From NCBI GenBank assembly GCA_041641295.1, contig JBEPYO010000001.1, positions 1,312,001-1,376,000 on the forward strand: 64,000 bases of DNA, given 5' to 3'. A program made the translations under genes and the position numbers. This document shows positions 29,343-38,684 of the stretch, piece by piece. Within the stretch, counting starts at the first letter, position 1. Every line of letters starts with the position of its first letter. The DNA comes from Nitrososphaerota archaeon. Its GTDB lineage: Archaea > Thermoproteota > Nitrososphaeria_A > Caldarchaeales > Calditenuaceae. Below the pieces are notes generated by a model. That model did not search any database. It saw only the letters and a list, made by a program, of their open reading frames with translations, and was not told the origin of the DNA.

Positions 29343-30147
29343 TTCCCCTAATAGTCTTAAGTAGTTTAACTTGCTCCTTTGCTCTGACTATGCGTCTCTG
29401 GTAGTAGCTCATGGATAGTCTCTCAAGAGCCATTCTTATTCTTTTATTGTAATGGCTTCTATTGTGTTGGTGACGCCCAAGGTAGCTCAGTATCTTCCGT
29501 AGACCTCTGTTGAAATCTATATTCAGCATAAGGTCTGCTAGAGCTGCCTTTCCATGCACATCATTATCGGAAAGTCCGAGCCTCTCACAAACCTCCCTGT
29601 ATCTTGGGATTATTGTCTCTGCTTCAGCAGCTATCTGCTCAGCGAGCCTGTCTTTAGCTCTCCGTATGATTCGCCTGGCTTCAGCGAATCCTTCAACTCT
29701 GCAATCCAGCTGCCTCATTCTTTTAAGAAGCCTTAAAAGTTTATTGTATTCGGCAATCAGCATCCTAAGCCTTACCTCCTCTTCATGAAGTTCTCTAAAG
29801 AAATTTTCATCAAGTGTTGATAGAATAAATGCATCATTTTCATGCGTTTTCTCTACATTGATCTGTGCCCTCAACTTAGGTAGGATGTCCAGCCTTTTCA
29901 GTCTGAAAACCCTCACCCCTCTCTTCATAAGATCGATGACGTCTCTATAGGCCTCGGCGGGTAAGGAGTCAACGTATACCTCATCACCATCTTTCGCATC
30001 AATCTCTGATAACCTCCAAACCATCTTGAACCTCTCACAATCAAATACTGTATGAGGCTTCCAATCAACGCGACTATGAACATCAACATAAAACCTCCTA
30101 ACAGCCATCCCAGAAACCCTCATTTCTTCTTCCCGGGCCTCACCCAC
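29281..30147 (-). CDS. Compact IS110/Nop5/Tas-related protein (RuvC-like + coiled coil + Nop-like)
   Basis: FYVDVH, VYVDS, KTHENDA (cf. IS110 KTDxxDA), coiled coil, LSYLG...YNKRIRMAL (cf. IS110 YAGL...GN..LR.AL) without the SG loop. Confidence 0.68.
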   Translation of the reverse strand: MGEAREEEMRVSGMAVRRFYVDVHSRVDWKPHTVFDCERFKMVWRLSEIDAKDGDEVYVDSLPAEAYRDVIDLMKRGVRVFRLKRLDILPKLRAQINVEKTHENDAFILSTLDENFFRELHEEEVRLRMLIAEYNKLLRLLKRMRQLDCRVEGFAEARRIIRRAKDRLAEQIAAEAETIIPRYREVCERLGLSDNDVHGKAALADLMLNIDFNRGLRKILSYLGRHQHNRSHYNKRIRMALERLSMSYYQRRIVRAKEQVKLLKTIRGMVASQSDGGEEGRMRPGTNG

Positions 30148-30666
30148 GCCTTCTCACCCCTTCTTTAGACTTCTCCTCCTTATTCCCTTCAATCCCTCCC
30201 TCTTACGACCTCGGCAATACACCCTCGTATCATGAAGTCCTTTGGAGCGGCTTGGTCTAGTGTGATGTATTTCCATCCAAACCATGACTAGAGGTGGTGA
30301 GGGTTTAACGGTATTTAGGCTTTGAGACCACGTGGTGAAAGTGATATCAATTAGAATAGACCATAAAGACGGGAAAGACCCGAGAATCATCTGTTAAAAT
30401 GAAGTGCCAAGGATTCTATGAGCTTGTAGAGTGTAAGGGGGAGAGTTGGAGAGGTCCTCGAGGAGAAAGTCATGGGAGAGGTTGATAATACTGATGTGGA
30501 GGTTGTCCACCATAAGAGCTATGAGGATGTGGCTGGAGGAGATTGGGGTGCAGATTACGAATTAGGCGTCCTACATAAAGAGTATGAGTGTGGATACGAT
30601 GAGGGGGAGGTGGTTTAGAGGCAGACAGTACCCCAGCACAACTTTAAAAGGTTGAACTATTCTTTA

Positions 30667-31281
30667 ATGGTTGTGCAGCAGGGCTACTACATTATTCCAG
30701 GGGCCACTACTGTCGGGATAAAGGGTGCCGACAGCGTTGTCTTAGCCTCTGAGAAGAGGCTGTCCTATGGCAACTTCGTCGTCTCCAAGAATGCTCAGAA
30801 GGTCTTCCAGCTGACAAAGAATGCGGGGGCGGCCTGCGCCGGGTTGGTCTCAGATATGCAGGGTCTCATAAGGGAGGCCAAGGCATTGATAAACCTCTAC
30901 ATACTCGAGCAGGGCAGGCTCCCATCCGTAAACACAGTCGCAAAAGTCCTATCCACCTACCTATTCGGAAACAGATTCTTCCCATACTTCACTGAGACGG
31001 TTGTGGGCGGCGTCGACTCGACCGGCCCCCACATATATGTGCTAGACCCGCTCGGCTCCATGATCGAGGATGACTACACGGCTGTTGGCAGCGGGGCTGA
31101 GATAGCTGCCGGTGTGCTTGAGACTTGGTTTAAGCCGGGGGCAAGGTCTGAAGAGATAAGTGAGCTAGCAGTGAAGGCTGTCAAGGCAGGGGCTACGCGA
31201 GACGCGGCTAGTGGGAATGGGATAGACATTCTTGTGATCGGCCGGTCTGGGGTTATCAGGATGGAGACGATCCCGTTCTAG
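30667..31281 (+). CDS. psmB: Proteasome beta subunit (Thr1-to-Ala, likely non-catalytic paralog)
   Basis: GATTVGI, AGLVSD, GSG, RDAASG. Confidence 0.92.
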   Translation: MVVQQGYYIIPGATTVGIKGADSVVLASEKRLSYGNFVVSKNAQKVFQLTKNAGAACAGLVSDMQGLIREAKALINLYILEQGRLPSVNTVAKVLSTYLFGNRFFPYFTETVVGGVDSTGPHIYVLDPLGSMIEDDYTAVGSGAEIAAGVLETWFKPGARSEEISELAVKAVKAGATRDAASGNGIDILVIGRSGVIRMETIPF

Positions 31282-31410
31282 ACCTGAGATTTAATCCCTA
31301 TCAATCTGGGCTTAGGAGGGAATAATTTTAGAAGCGGGGGTCGCCCAAAGTCTTTTAGGGGCCGCCGGGTAGGAATAGATTAATGAGGGAGTATAACGCC
31401 GTAATATTAG

Positions 31411-32151
31411 ATGAATCTAAACAAAATGCAGCTCCGCCTCCTACTCTACCTCTACGAGAGAAACGGCTTCAGTAACGGAGTCCAAGTCACAACACCAGCC
31501 CTAGCAAAGTTCCTAAACACTTCACAACAGTCCGCATCCCGCATCATGATAAAGATGGAGAGGGAAGGGTTTATTGAAAGGCGGATGGTTGGTAGATCGT
31601 GCTATGTGAGGTTGACCGAGAAATCCATCAATGAGCTGTCTGAGTTGTATGCGGAGTTGAAGAGGATAATTGAGAAGCCTGTCGAGGTGGTGCTTGAGGG
31701 CCGGGTCTTCAGCGGGATGGGTGAGGGCGCGTATTACATCTCCCTGCCTTGGTACAGGGAACAGATTAGAAAGAAGCTGGGCTTCGACCCGTACCCGGGG
31801 ACGCTTAACGTGAATCTCTTGTCATGGGACTCGATCCAGAATAGGAGGCTTGTCAGCAAATACGCTGACATATGGATAGAAGGGTTCAGGGACAGGAACC
31901 GGACCTATGGTGGAGCGCGGGCGATACTCGCGTCCTTCAACAACTCCGACCTCTGCGCGATCCTATACATCGAGAGGACGCATTATGGAGAGAACGTCAT
32001 AGAACTGATATCTCCCGTGTATCTGCGGGGCAAGTATGGGCTATCTGATGGCGACAAGGTCAAGATAACCGTAACACTCCCCACAGTCAATTTTTCGGCC
32101 ACTGGACAGATTTCACAGGAGGATAAGGGTCAAATTCTGCCTAAAACTTGA
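31411..32151 (+). CDS. ribK: HTH-fused CTP-dependent riboflavin kinase / regulator (RbkR)
   Basis: N-terminal wHTH SQQSASR; GRVFSGMGEG.YY, PYPGTLN, RTHY, ELISP..LR. Confidence 0.93.
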   Translation: MNLNKMQLRLLLYLYERNGFSNGVQVTTPALAKFLNTSQQSASRIMIKMEREGFIERRMVGRSCYVRLTEKSINELSELYAELKRIIEKPVEVVLEGRVFSGMGEGAYYISLPWYREQIRKKLGFDPYPGTLNVNLLSWDSIQNRRLVSKYADIWIEGFRDRNRTYGGARAILASFNNSDLCAILYIERTHYGENVIELISPVYLRGKYGLSDGDKVKITVTLPTVNFSATGQISQEDKGQILPKT

Positions 32152-32160
32152 TTTCACGAG

Positions 32161-32799
32161 TTGTCGGAGGCTTTCCAGAAGGCTGCCGAATGGGTTCTCA
32201 AGCAATCTAGGGAAGGAAAGAGTCTCGCAGACATCCAAGCATCATTTCCAGTCTTTAAAGACAGCAACATAACCATCAACAGAGTCCTCTCCAACAATCC
32301 GCTCCTCCTCGGATACTTTGACGAGAAGCTGAAGCTGAAGATTAATGATCGTGTCATAAGGGCCGCCGCGCTGGTGGCGAAGCTGCGCGGGTTTGACGTC
32401 TTTACCTCCCCTCCCGAGATTAGGATAGTGAAGGATGGAGTGCTCCATGGATTATTGAGGGAGGACGGATTCGCTGCCAGCGACCCACTCCTCTTCAGAG
32501 ACATCGCGGTAAAGGTTTATGGGATAGGCGGGTCTCCTGAGCTTGAGGTTCCTGTGAAGGATAGCTGGCTTGACTCATTGGCGCGGCTCCTCTCGGAAAG
32601 AGGCTTTGTGGAGACGGTCTTCTTCGCAGCCCTAGTAATACTGTTGCCACCCACGCTTGCGGCACTCTCCCTCCTAATCACTCCTTCAAGGTTTGTGCCG
32701 GACCCGCTGAGACTGGGGATCAGCATAGTTATTTTGCTTGCGGCACTCTATCTTGCGCGGCTCTATATCAGAGAAAACCTCAGACAACGGCAACAGTAG
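32161..32799 (+). CDS. Hypothetical protein with two C-terminal TM helices
   Basis: Fills the gap between ribK and the cupin gene; hydrophobic C-terminus. Confidence 0.6.
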   Translation: MSEAFQKAAEWVLKQSREGKSLADIQASFPVFKDSNITINRVLSNNPLLLGYFDEKLKLKINDRVIRAAALVAKLRGFDVFTSPPEIRIVKDGVLHGLLREDGFAASDPLLFRDIAVKVYGIGGSPELEVPVKDSWLDSLARLLSERGFVETVFFAALVILLPPTLAALSLLITPSRFVPDPLRLGISIVILLAALYLARLYIRENLRQRQQ

Positions 32800-32811
32800 C
32801 CCGTTATTGGT

Positions 32812-33165
32812 TTAGATGATTCGGTCTGGTTTCCTAGCTGCTTTAGCGTAGTCTTCTCGGGCCGGGTTAAATACGTCGAGTGCGAGGGCCTCCTCCGTTC
32901 CATTGTTTATCACCTCATGCAGCTCCCAAGGCTCAATGAGGTAGGAATCACCCTCTCTCAGGACGCTCTCGCCCCGCTCGGTCCTGAAGAGCAGAGAGCC
33001 TCTCAACACAACCCCTGCCTGAAGATGTGGATGGTTATGCCTCGGCACAACCGCACCAGGTAGAATTCGCACCAGCATGAGCATTGTTGAGGGGTGGTGA
33101 GCCAAGACGGAGCGGTAGACACCGGGGAATAATTCATCCCACACCCTGTTTTGCCAGATCTCCAC
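32812..33165 (-). CDS. Cupin domain protein
   Basis: PRHNHPH.Q, P...H, DVF.P.REDY. Confidence 0.85.
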   Translation of the reverse strand: MEIWQNRVWDELFPGVYRSVLAHHPSTMLMLVRILPGAVVPRHNHPHLQAGVVLRGSLLFRTERGESVLREGDSYLIEPWELHEVINNGTEEALALDVFNPAREDYAKAARKPDRII

Positions 33166-33236
33166 GGCTTCGTGTGTAGAGTGGGGCCTATTTCAATCTA
33201 GTGGCAGGCGGCTCTTCACTGTTAAGGGCACACCCC

Positions 33237-34484
33237 TCAGTTGTGGGCTAGCTCCTTCACAATCTTTGTCAAGATGTCTGATGGAGCGTCTGTCTTTACG
33301 GCGGCCGGGTCGTAGTGGGTGGGTGAGGCGCGGTAGCCCACCTCTCTAAGCCTCTCTATCACATTTTTTGTCTTGGGGGGTGAGGTCTTGGCGCGCCTGG
33401 ATACCTCCGAGATTTGGAAGGACCACGGAATGTCGTCCAACTCCTCTGCAATAGTTTTAACGATCTTTATGGCCTCCCTGTATATCGGGTCGGACAAATA
33501 TCTTGAGTTCAGGATTTTCTCGACGAGGTTCTTATCGCTGAGCGCTCCTGTCCACACTGGCCCAACGAGGACGTTGGGGTTGCCGCATATGCTGCACTTC
33601 TCTCGCCACTCGGAGACATCACTCATCACAGAGGTGTTGAGGCAGTATTTGCAGTGGATGAGATATCTAACCTGTGACCTGGCGTGATAAGCCCTCCGCT
33701 TCCCCCGCTCCACTCGCAGAAACACTCTGACGAAGTGCCTGTAGGCGACTGAGAGGACTGGCTCGGCTCCCAGGCTCAGGCGCGAAGCAGTCATTACGGC
33801 GAAACCAGCTAGGGCCCTGATCGCTGTCTCTCTATAGAAGTTGGTCTTTACGAGTGTTAGGCCATACTTCCAGTATGCTGTGCGTCGCGAGGATCCTGAG
33901 AGGGCTGCAAGATCTGTGGCGGAAACCCCTAACAGCCCCCGCCTCTCAGTGGCCCTAAACCCGTTCTCAAGAAATCTCACAGGTGAGCCGAATGGGTCGA
34001 TGTCTACGTAGCCGGCCCGACCCTCAACCGCCAATCTGGATAAGAGTAGGTTTGCATCTGAGTGCTCGATCCTCAGCCTCTCAACCAATCCGTTTCTCTC
34101 CCTATTGACCTCGCTGAGCCGGACCGCCCACTCGGAAATATCTCCAGCCAACCCCTCCGTCACAGAGCCTGACTCTAGGAGTAGCCTGATAATCCGGGCC
34201 CCAGTCCCGGCAAGAGGCTCAGCGGCCAGACCACATGACCTCCCTGAGAAGTAGGAGTCAACAACGATGACCGCCAGGTCTCTCGAGACCTTTGAGAGGG
34301 GGTTATAGAATGCTGGGAGCCTAGTCGTCGCTTGGGCCTCTCCAGTCTCTGGAACTATCAGCTCGGCCAACCCCTCCTTGACAATCTTTACCGGAAAAGG
34401 TAGAGGGGGAACAGTCTCCACACCATCCTCACCCCTCTCCCGTAAGTATGTCCACAATCTCTCTAGCAGCGGTTTGGGCCTCAC
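33237..34484 (-). CDS. trm1: tRNA (guanine-26-N2)-dimethyltransferase
   Basis: FYNP....SRD, DIDPFGSP, ATD.A.L.G, Zn ribbon, GPVWTG, THY.P..VKTDAP; true start probably somewhat downstream. Confidence 0.92.
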   Translation of the reverse strand: MRPKPLLERLWTYLRERGEDGVETVPPLPFPVKIVKEGLAELIVPETGEAQATTRLPAFYNPLSKVSRDLAVIVVDSYFSGRSCGLAAEPLAGTGARIIRLLLESGSVTEGLAGDISEWAVRLSEVNRERNGLVERLRIEHSDANLLLSRLAVEGRAGYVDIDPFGSPVRFLENGFRATERRGLLGVSATDLAALSGSSRRTAYWKYGLTLVKTNFYRETAIRALAGFAVMTASRLSLGAEPVLSVAYRHFVRVFLRVERGKRRAYHARSQVRYLIHCKYCLNTSVMSDVSEWREKCSICGNPNVLVGPVWTGALSDKNLVEKILNSRYLSDPIYREAIKIVKTIAEELDDIPWSFQISEVSRRAKTSPPKTKNVIERLREVGYRASPTHYDPAAVKTDAPSDILTKIVKELAHN

Positions 34485-34968
34485 CGCGCTTGAGAACTAT
34501 CAGCCTTGTCACAGCCTCTCTCGCCTCTAGAAGTAGCGGGTCGCGGGAGCGAAAATGAAGCGTGAGAATAGCGTATCTCGCATCCCTCAGAACTCTTCTC
34601 AATACATTCCTAAATCGCTGGCTCATCAGCTCCATAGGCCCCACCTCGTCGATTAGGACGATGGCCCCAGAGCTTAGAGCCTTCTCAATGATGTCAGATG
34701 CAAATCCATCGAGGTTTTCAACATAGACTCTGTATCGCCCAATCCGCGGGCCGGGCTCCCCCGACTCCCTAGCTAGCGGTACAGACGCTTGAGTCTCGAT
34801 GTCTATTATATCGAACCCGACACGTTTGCCCCCAGCTCTAACCTCTCTCGACAATATCCCTCCGACACTCTTACCCATAGATCTCAGAATATTCGCAGCC
34901 ATCTCTACTGTGGTTGTCTTTCCACATCCAGGAGGGCCTGTGACTCCGACCAAAACTCTAGCTGTCAA
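34429..34968 (-). CDS. THEP1/NTPCR-type nucleoside-triphosphatase
   Basis: TGPPGCGKTT, R.GF, GRY.V, IDEVGPMEL. Confidence 0.92.
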   Translation of the reverse strand: MTARVLVGVTGPPGCGKTTTVEMAANILRSMGKSVGGILSREVRAGGKRVGFDIIDIETQASVPLARESGEPGPRIGRYRVYVENLDGFASDIIEKALSSGAIVLIDEVGPMELMSQRFRNVLRRVLRDARYAILTLHFRSRDPLLLEAREAVTRLIVLKRGEAQTAAREIVDILTGEG

Positions 34969-34989
34969 AACTAATCAGCGTAGGCGCAC

Positions 34990-36498
34990 TCACCTTTCCA
35001 ACCCTCTATATATGTCGTTGAAGATTAGCTCCTCGAGCTCATCTATCTTTACCCTAACCTGTGCCGCAGTGTCTCTATCCCTGACTGTAACAGTGTTATC
35101 CTGTAGTGTCTGGTGGTCAATCGTTACGCAGAGGTTGACGCCCGCCTCATCTGCCCGCGCATATCGCCGACCAATAGAGCCCCGGTCATCATATACAGTG
35201 TAGATGGGCAGCCTACTTGCCCTGAGCTTGGTGTAGATGTCCCAAGCCTTCGCGACTAAGTCTTCTCGGTCAAGTAGAGGGAGTATGGCCGCCTTTATTG
35301 GTGAGACTATTCTGGGGAGCATCAATAGTGGCCAGTCTCTAACCCCCTCCCTGTAGGAATGCTCAAGGATCGCGTAGAGGATTCTTTCAACACCGAAAGA
35401 CGGCTCAACCACATGGGGAACTACTTTCACGCCATTATCATCTATTGACAGGTCTTCTCCCGAGTGTTTTGAGTGGACTGTGAGGTCATAGTCCCGTCTG
35501 TAAGCGTTCCCCACAACCTCCTTCCATCCAAAGGAGAACTTGACCTCGAGGTCAAAATTCCCACCCGAATAGTGTGGCGTCTCCTCCGGCAGCAGGTGTC
35601 TGAACCTCATGTTTTCAGGCGGGATGCCGAGGGACTGGAAAAACCTCACCTCCTTGGCGAGATAGTAGGCCAAAAACTTGTTAGGTACTATGCCCTCCTC
35701 GACAGCATCTCGGGCCTTCAGCTCTATTGCCTCCCCACCATCGCCACGCCTCTGCTCCTCCCGCGTCAAGATACGTATCACAGTATCACCAACCTCGTCG
35801 AACCTTTTGGGCCCGTCGCCTCGAATAGGCGAGAAGAAGACCTCAATCTCCATTTGACTGAATTCTCGGAGTCTTATAATGGACTGGCGGGGGGAGATCT
35901 CGTTTCTGAACGACTTCCCAACCTGGGCTACGGCGAAGGGTAGCTTAGCCCTCATGGCATATGCTATTCTCTTAAAGTTTAGGAAGATGTTTTGGGCCGT
36001 CTCCGGGCGGAGGAATGCGGTCTCCTCTCCTCCCCCTACTGAGAGTTTGAACATCAGGTGGTGCTCCTTAAAGCCTGTCAGCTCGCCTCCGCAATTGGGG
36101 CATTTAACCCCGCGAGCCTTCACCACTTCTTGCAACTCCTCAATACTCTTCCCCTCCACCTTCAATCCAAGAATATCCTCGATGAGCTGATCTACCCGAT
36201 GGATTCTGCCACACCTCGCACACTCCGCCTTAGGATCGGTAAACTTGTCAACGTGGCCGGAAGCCTTCAGTGCTTCGAATGGGAGTATCAATGAACCGTC
36301 GATAAGGTATACTTCAAAGGATGTCTCTCTCTTCACGAAGGTGTCTAGCCAGTAGTTGATGAGGTTGAGTTTCATCAGCGTCCCCAGAGGGCCTAGGTCG
36401 TAGAAGCCTGCGGGGCCCCTGTATATCTCGGCTGTGGGGTTGAAGAACCCCCTTCTCAACGCGAGCTGGACAATGCTCTCGGCGAGCTGCTCAGGCAT
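34990..36498 (-). CDS. glyS: Glycine--tRNA ligase (archaeal/eukaryotic type)
   Basis: LRPETAQ, GKSFRNEISPR, EPSFGVER, SIGRRYAR.DE. Confidence 0.96.
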   Translation of the reverse strand: MPEQLAESIVQLALRRGFFNPTAEIYRGPAGFYDLGPLGTLMKLNLINYWLDTFVKRETSFEVYLIDGSLILPFEALKASGHVDKFTDPKAECARCGRIHRVDQLIEDILGLKVEGKSIEELQEVVKARGVKCPNCGGELTGFKEHHLMFKLSVGGGEETAFLRPETAQNIFLNFKRIAYAMRAKLPFAVAQVGKSFRNEISPRQSIIRLREFSQMEIEVFFSPIRGDGPKRFDEVGDTVIRILTREEQRRGDGGEAIELKARDAVEEGIVPNKFLAYYLAKEVRFFQSLGIPPENMRFRHLLPEETPHYSGGNFDLEVKFSFGWKEVVGNAYRRDYDLTVHSKHSGEDLSIDDNGVKVVPHVVEPSFGVERILYAILEHSYREGVRDWPLLMLPRIVSPIKAAILPLLDREDLVAKAWDIYTKLRASRLPIYTVYDDRGSIGRRYARADEAGVNLCVTIDHQTLQDNTVTVRDRDTAAQVRVKIDELEELIFNDIYRGLER

Positions 36499-36587
36499 TC
36501 CCTCTCAAACCATCAGGCCTGCGCAATAAATAGCTGATGAGCTGGGCTGATACTTTAGACGGCTGTCCAGTCCTTACCCAGTAGGCT

Positions 36588-37337
36588 TTAGCCTCGGAGT
36601 TCTCCGCCGCATGAGGGGCACTTATTTCCTAAATCAACCCACACATTCATGCAGTCCCTGTGAAAGACGGCCCCGCACGAGCGGCAAGACTCTGTCTCAC
36701 CGCCTGAGATGAGGTCGCCACATATCATGCACTGTCCTGTCCCCGCCGTCTCCATCCTCCTCTCCTCCCTCTCAGGAGCCGGTTCAAGAACGGTTGTCTG
36801 GGTCTCGACTGCCGGCTCAGTAATCTCTGCGACTGGCTCGGTCTCCTCCGTTGCAGTTGCCCATAGCGGTGATGGCGCCATAGAGGTTGTAACACGCGTC
36901 CTCATGGCGGCTATTAAGGCCAGCACCGAGGCTCCCGCTATTGCTATCCCTGTGAAGAGGGCTGCGAATAGCCCCAGCTCGGGGATGAAGTTCAGGCCAC
37001 TGAAGCTCGGGAGCTTTATCAGGTATGTGTAGAGGGGTGAGAAGAGGGCTAGGCCCGCAGCGGTAAACGAGAGGAGCGGCATGACGAGTCTAAGCTTCGT
37101 GAGATCCTTAAGGTTTGAGGCGAATACACCTGTTGCGCCGGCAGCACCGCCCGCGGCCAAGGAGAACAGTAGAGGCTCCATGAAGGTATACCCGGTGATC
37201 AAGGATCGGCCAACATTGTCATAGTTTATAGAGAACCAGTTGAGGATCAGGCTTAAGGCATGTGTAGCGCCTAGGAGTGAGATTAGGGCTCCGATCCTGC
37301 TGAACCTGGCCAAAGCCTCACTTGTCTGAGTTATCAT
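36588..37337 (-). CDS. Membrane protein with C-terminal C4HC3 RING-variant finger
   Basis: About 4 TM helices, Thr/Glu/Pro linker, CMIC-x11-CRSC-GAVFH-x2-C-x3-W-x6-CPSC. Confidence 0.78.
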   Translation of the reverse strand: MITQTSEALARFSRIGALISLLGATHALSLILNWFSINYDNVGRSLITGYTFMEPLLFSLAAGGAAGATGVFASNLKDLTKLRLVMPLLSFTAAGLALFSPLYTYLIKLPSFSGLNFIPELGLFAALFTGIAIAGASVLALIAAMRTRVTTSMAPSPLWATATEETEPVAEITEPAVETQTTVLEPAPEREERRMETAGTGQCMICGDLISGGETESCRSCGAVFHRDCMNVWVDLGNKCPSCGGELRG

Positions 37338-37458
37338 TGACCTGCACTTTCATCGTGTAGCCTGTATATAAATAAGTCTCGCCGAATCCGAGAGAAGGTT
37401 TGGCCAACAATGGGAGGAATATAGATTTATATCCGAAGAAATAGAGAGATTACCAAGG

Positions 37459-38307
37459 ATGGGCTCGATAATAGGGCGGCGATCAGAGGAGCTGGAAGCG
37501 ATATCCCAGAATTTAAGGAGTATTATGACGCAGCTCCAGAATATTGAGTCGCAAATCTCGGGAAACGTTATTAGCCAGATAAGGGCTGCCGCCCAAGAAA
37601 TGATTTCTAGGTTCGACGCCCTAGCCTCGACTCAGCCAGAATATCTCATAAAAGAGTTCATCGAGGGCGTGAATGTCCTAAAGTCCCTGACTTCATACCT
37701 CGTTATCTTCCAAGAGCAGCAGGAGGAGCTGGCGAGGCTACTGGAGTTTCAGAGAGAGCAGGTAGAGGTCTTGGAGAAGGCCAGGCAGGCAATATTGAAG
37801 GAGAGGGAGAGGCTGGAGCAGGAGAAAAATAGCCTCGAAGCACTGCGCCAAGAACTGATCCAGCTCAGGCAGGAGGTGGAGGAGAAGGATAGGGCCTTGA
37901 AGAGTTTTGAGAAGGAAGTCCAAGAACTGGAGGAGAGGAAGGCGTACCTAGAGGAGAAGATTAAGGAGCTTCAAAACTCCTATCTCTCTGCGCTCCAGTC
38001 CGCGGTTGAGGGCATTGAGAAGACTGTGAAAGAGCTGGACAAGAGGTTTAAGGTGAGGGAGGCGAGGCTTGAGAGGCTCGTAAGGCTGGAGGAGAGGAAG
38101 AGGGAGGAGATATCGAGGCTTGAAGCCGCAAAATCTATTGCTGAGGAGTATAACAAACAGTTCTCTCAGCTGGCCGAGGAGGTGAGGAGGCTGGAGAGGA
38201 AGAAGACTCAGCTCGCGCAGGAGATTTCCAGACTGGAGTCTGAGAAGAGGGAGCTGGAGCGGATTAAGCAGGAACTCAGGGGCGGAATACTCCGGGGACC
38301 CACTTAA
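37459..38307 (+). CDS. Long coiled-coil protein
   Basis: E/K/R/L/Q heptad pattern through most of its 282 aa. Confidence 0.75.
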   Translation: MGSIIGRRSEELEAISQNLRSIMTQLQNIESQISGNVISQIRAAAQEMISRFDALASTQPEYLIKEFIEGVNVLKSLTSYLVIFQEQQEELARLLEFQREQVEVLEKARQAILKERERLEQEKNSLEALRQELIQLRQEVEEKDRALKSFEKEVQELEERKAYLEEKIKELQNSYLSALQSAVEGIEKTVKELDKRFKVREARLERLVRLEERKREEISRLEAAKSIAEEYNKQFSQLAEEVRRLERKKTQLAQEISRLESEKRELERIKQELRGGILRGPT

Positions 38308-38684
38308 CCCTCTTGGGACCGAAGATAACGCTCAACAATATCCGCGAGATAGTCCAATAGGTTAAGCCTTTCATACATCTCTCCAATATTATCCTCGATT
38401 ATCTCAAGCCTCTTAGAGATTTTAGATATGTCTTCCCTAATCGACTGGAGCGTTTCTAGAATCGTCTTCAGCTCTCCGCTCGACAGCTGTCCACTAGATA
38501 GGCGGCTCAAAGCCCTTTCTATTTTCTCGTCTTGCTCTAAGAGCCTAGCTGATATCTTCTCGAGTGCGCGGAAGGTGCTATCGAATTCGGGGACACGGCC
38601 CCTTGGCGTCTCTATAATATTGATGACTATCTCTTCCTCCTCGCCGGTCTCTACACCTTCCTTCTCATTCTCACTACTGCTCAT
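38304..38684 (-). CDS. Acidic coiled-coil hypothetical protein
   Basis: Overlaps the stop of the small RING gene; heptad-rich C-terminal half. Confidence 0.68.
   Translation of the reverse strand: MSSSENEKEGVETGEEEEIVINIIETPRGRVPEFDSTFRALEKISARLLEQDEKIERALSRLSSGQLSSGELKTILETLQSIREDISKISKRLEIIEDNIGEMYERLNLLDYLADIVERYLRSQEG

Noticed and set aside
30154-30390. 78-aa ORF upstream of the IS110-like gene
   Set aside because: No motif and atypical composition; cannot be supported as a gene.
29042-30666. CRISPR array or regular 36-nt TIGR array
   Set aside because: No regularly spaced direct repeats; only irregular short motifs, reported as a weak finding.
24598-33222. Shared 13-mer GCTCTTCACTGTT near 24598 and 33210
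   Set aside because: Only two copies with no consistent position or box partners; probably chance.
36500-36590. Second C/D sRNA (CTGATGA...CTGA)
   Set aside because: Only 6 nt between the boxes and no C'/D pair or recognisable guide.
37459-38307. SMC or ESCRT-III assignment for the coiled-coil protein
   Set aside because: No ATPase head or recognisable Snf7/MIM motif; heptads alone are not diagnostic.
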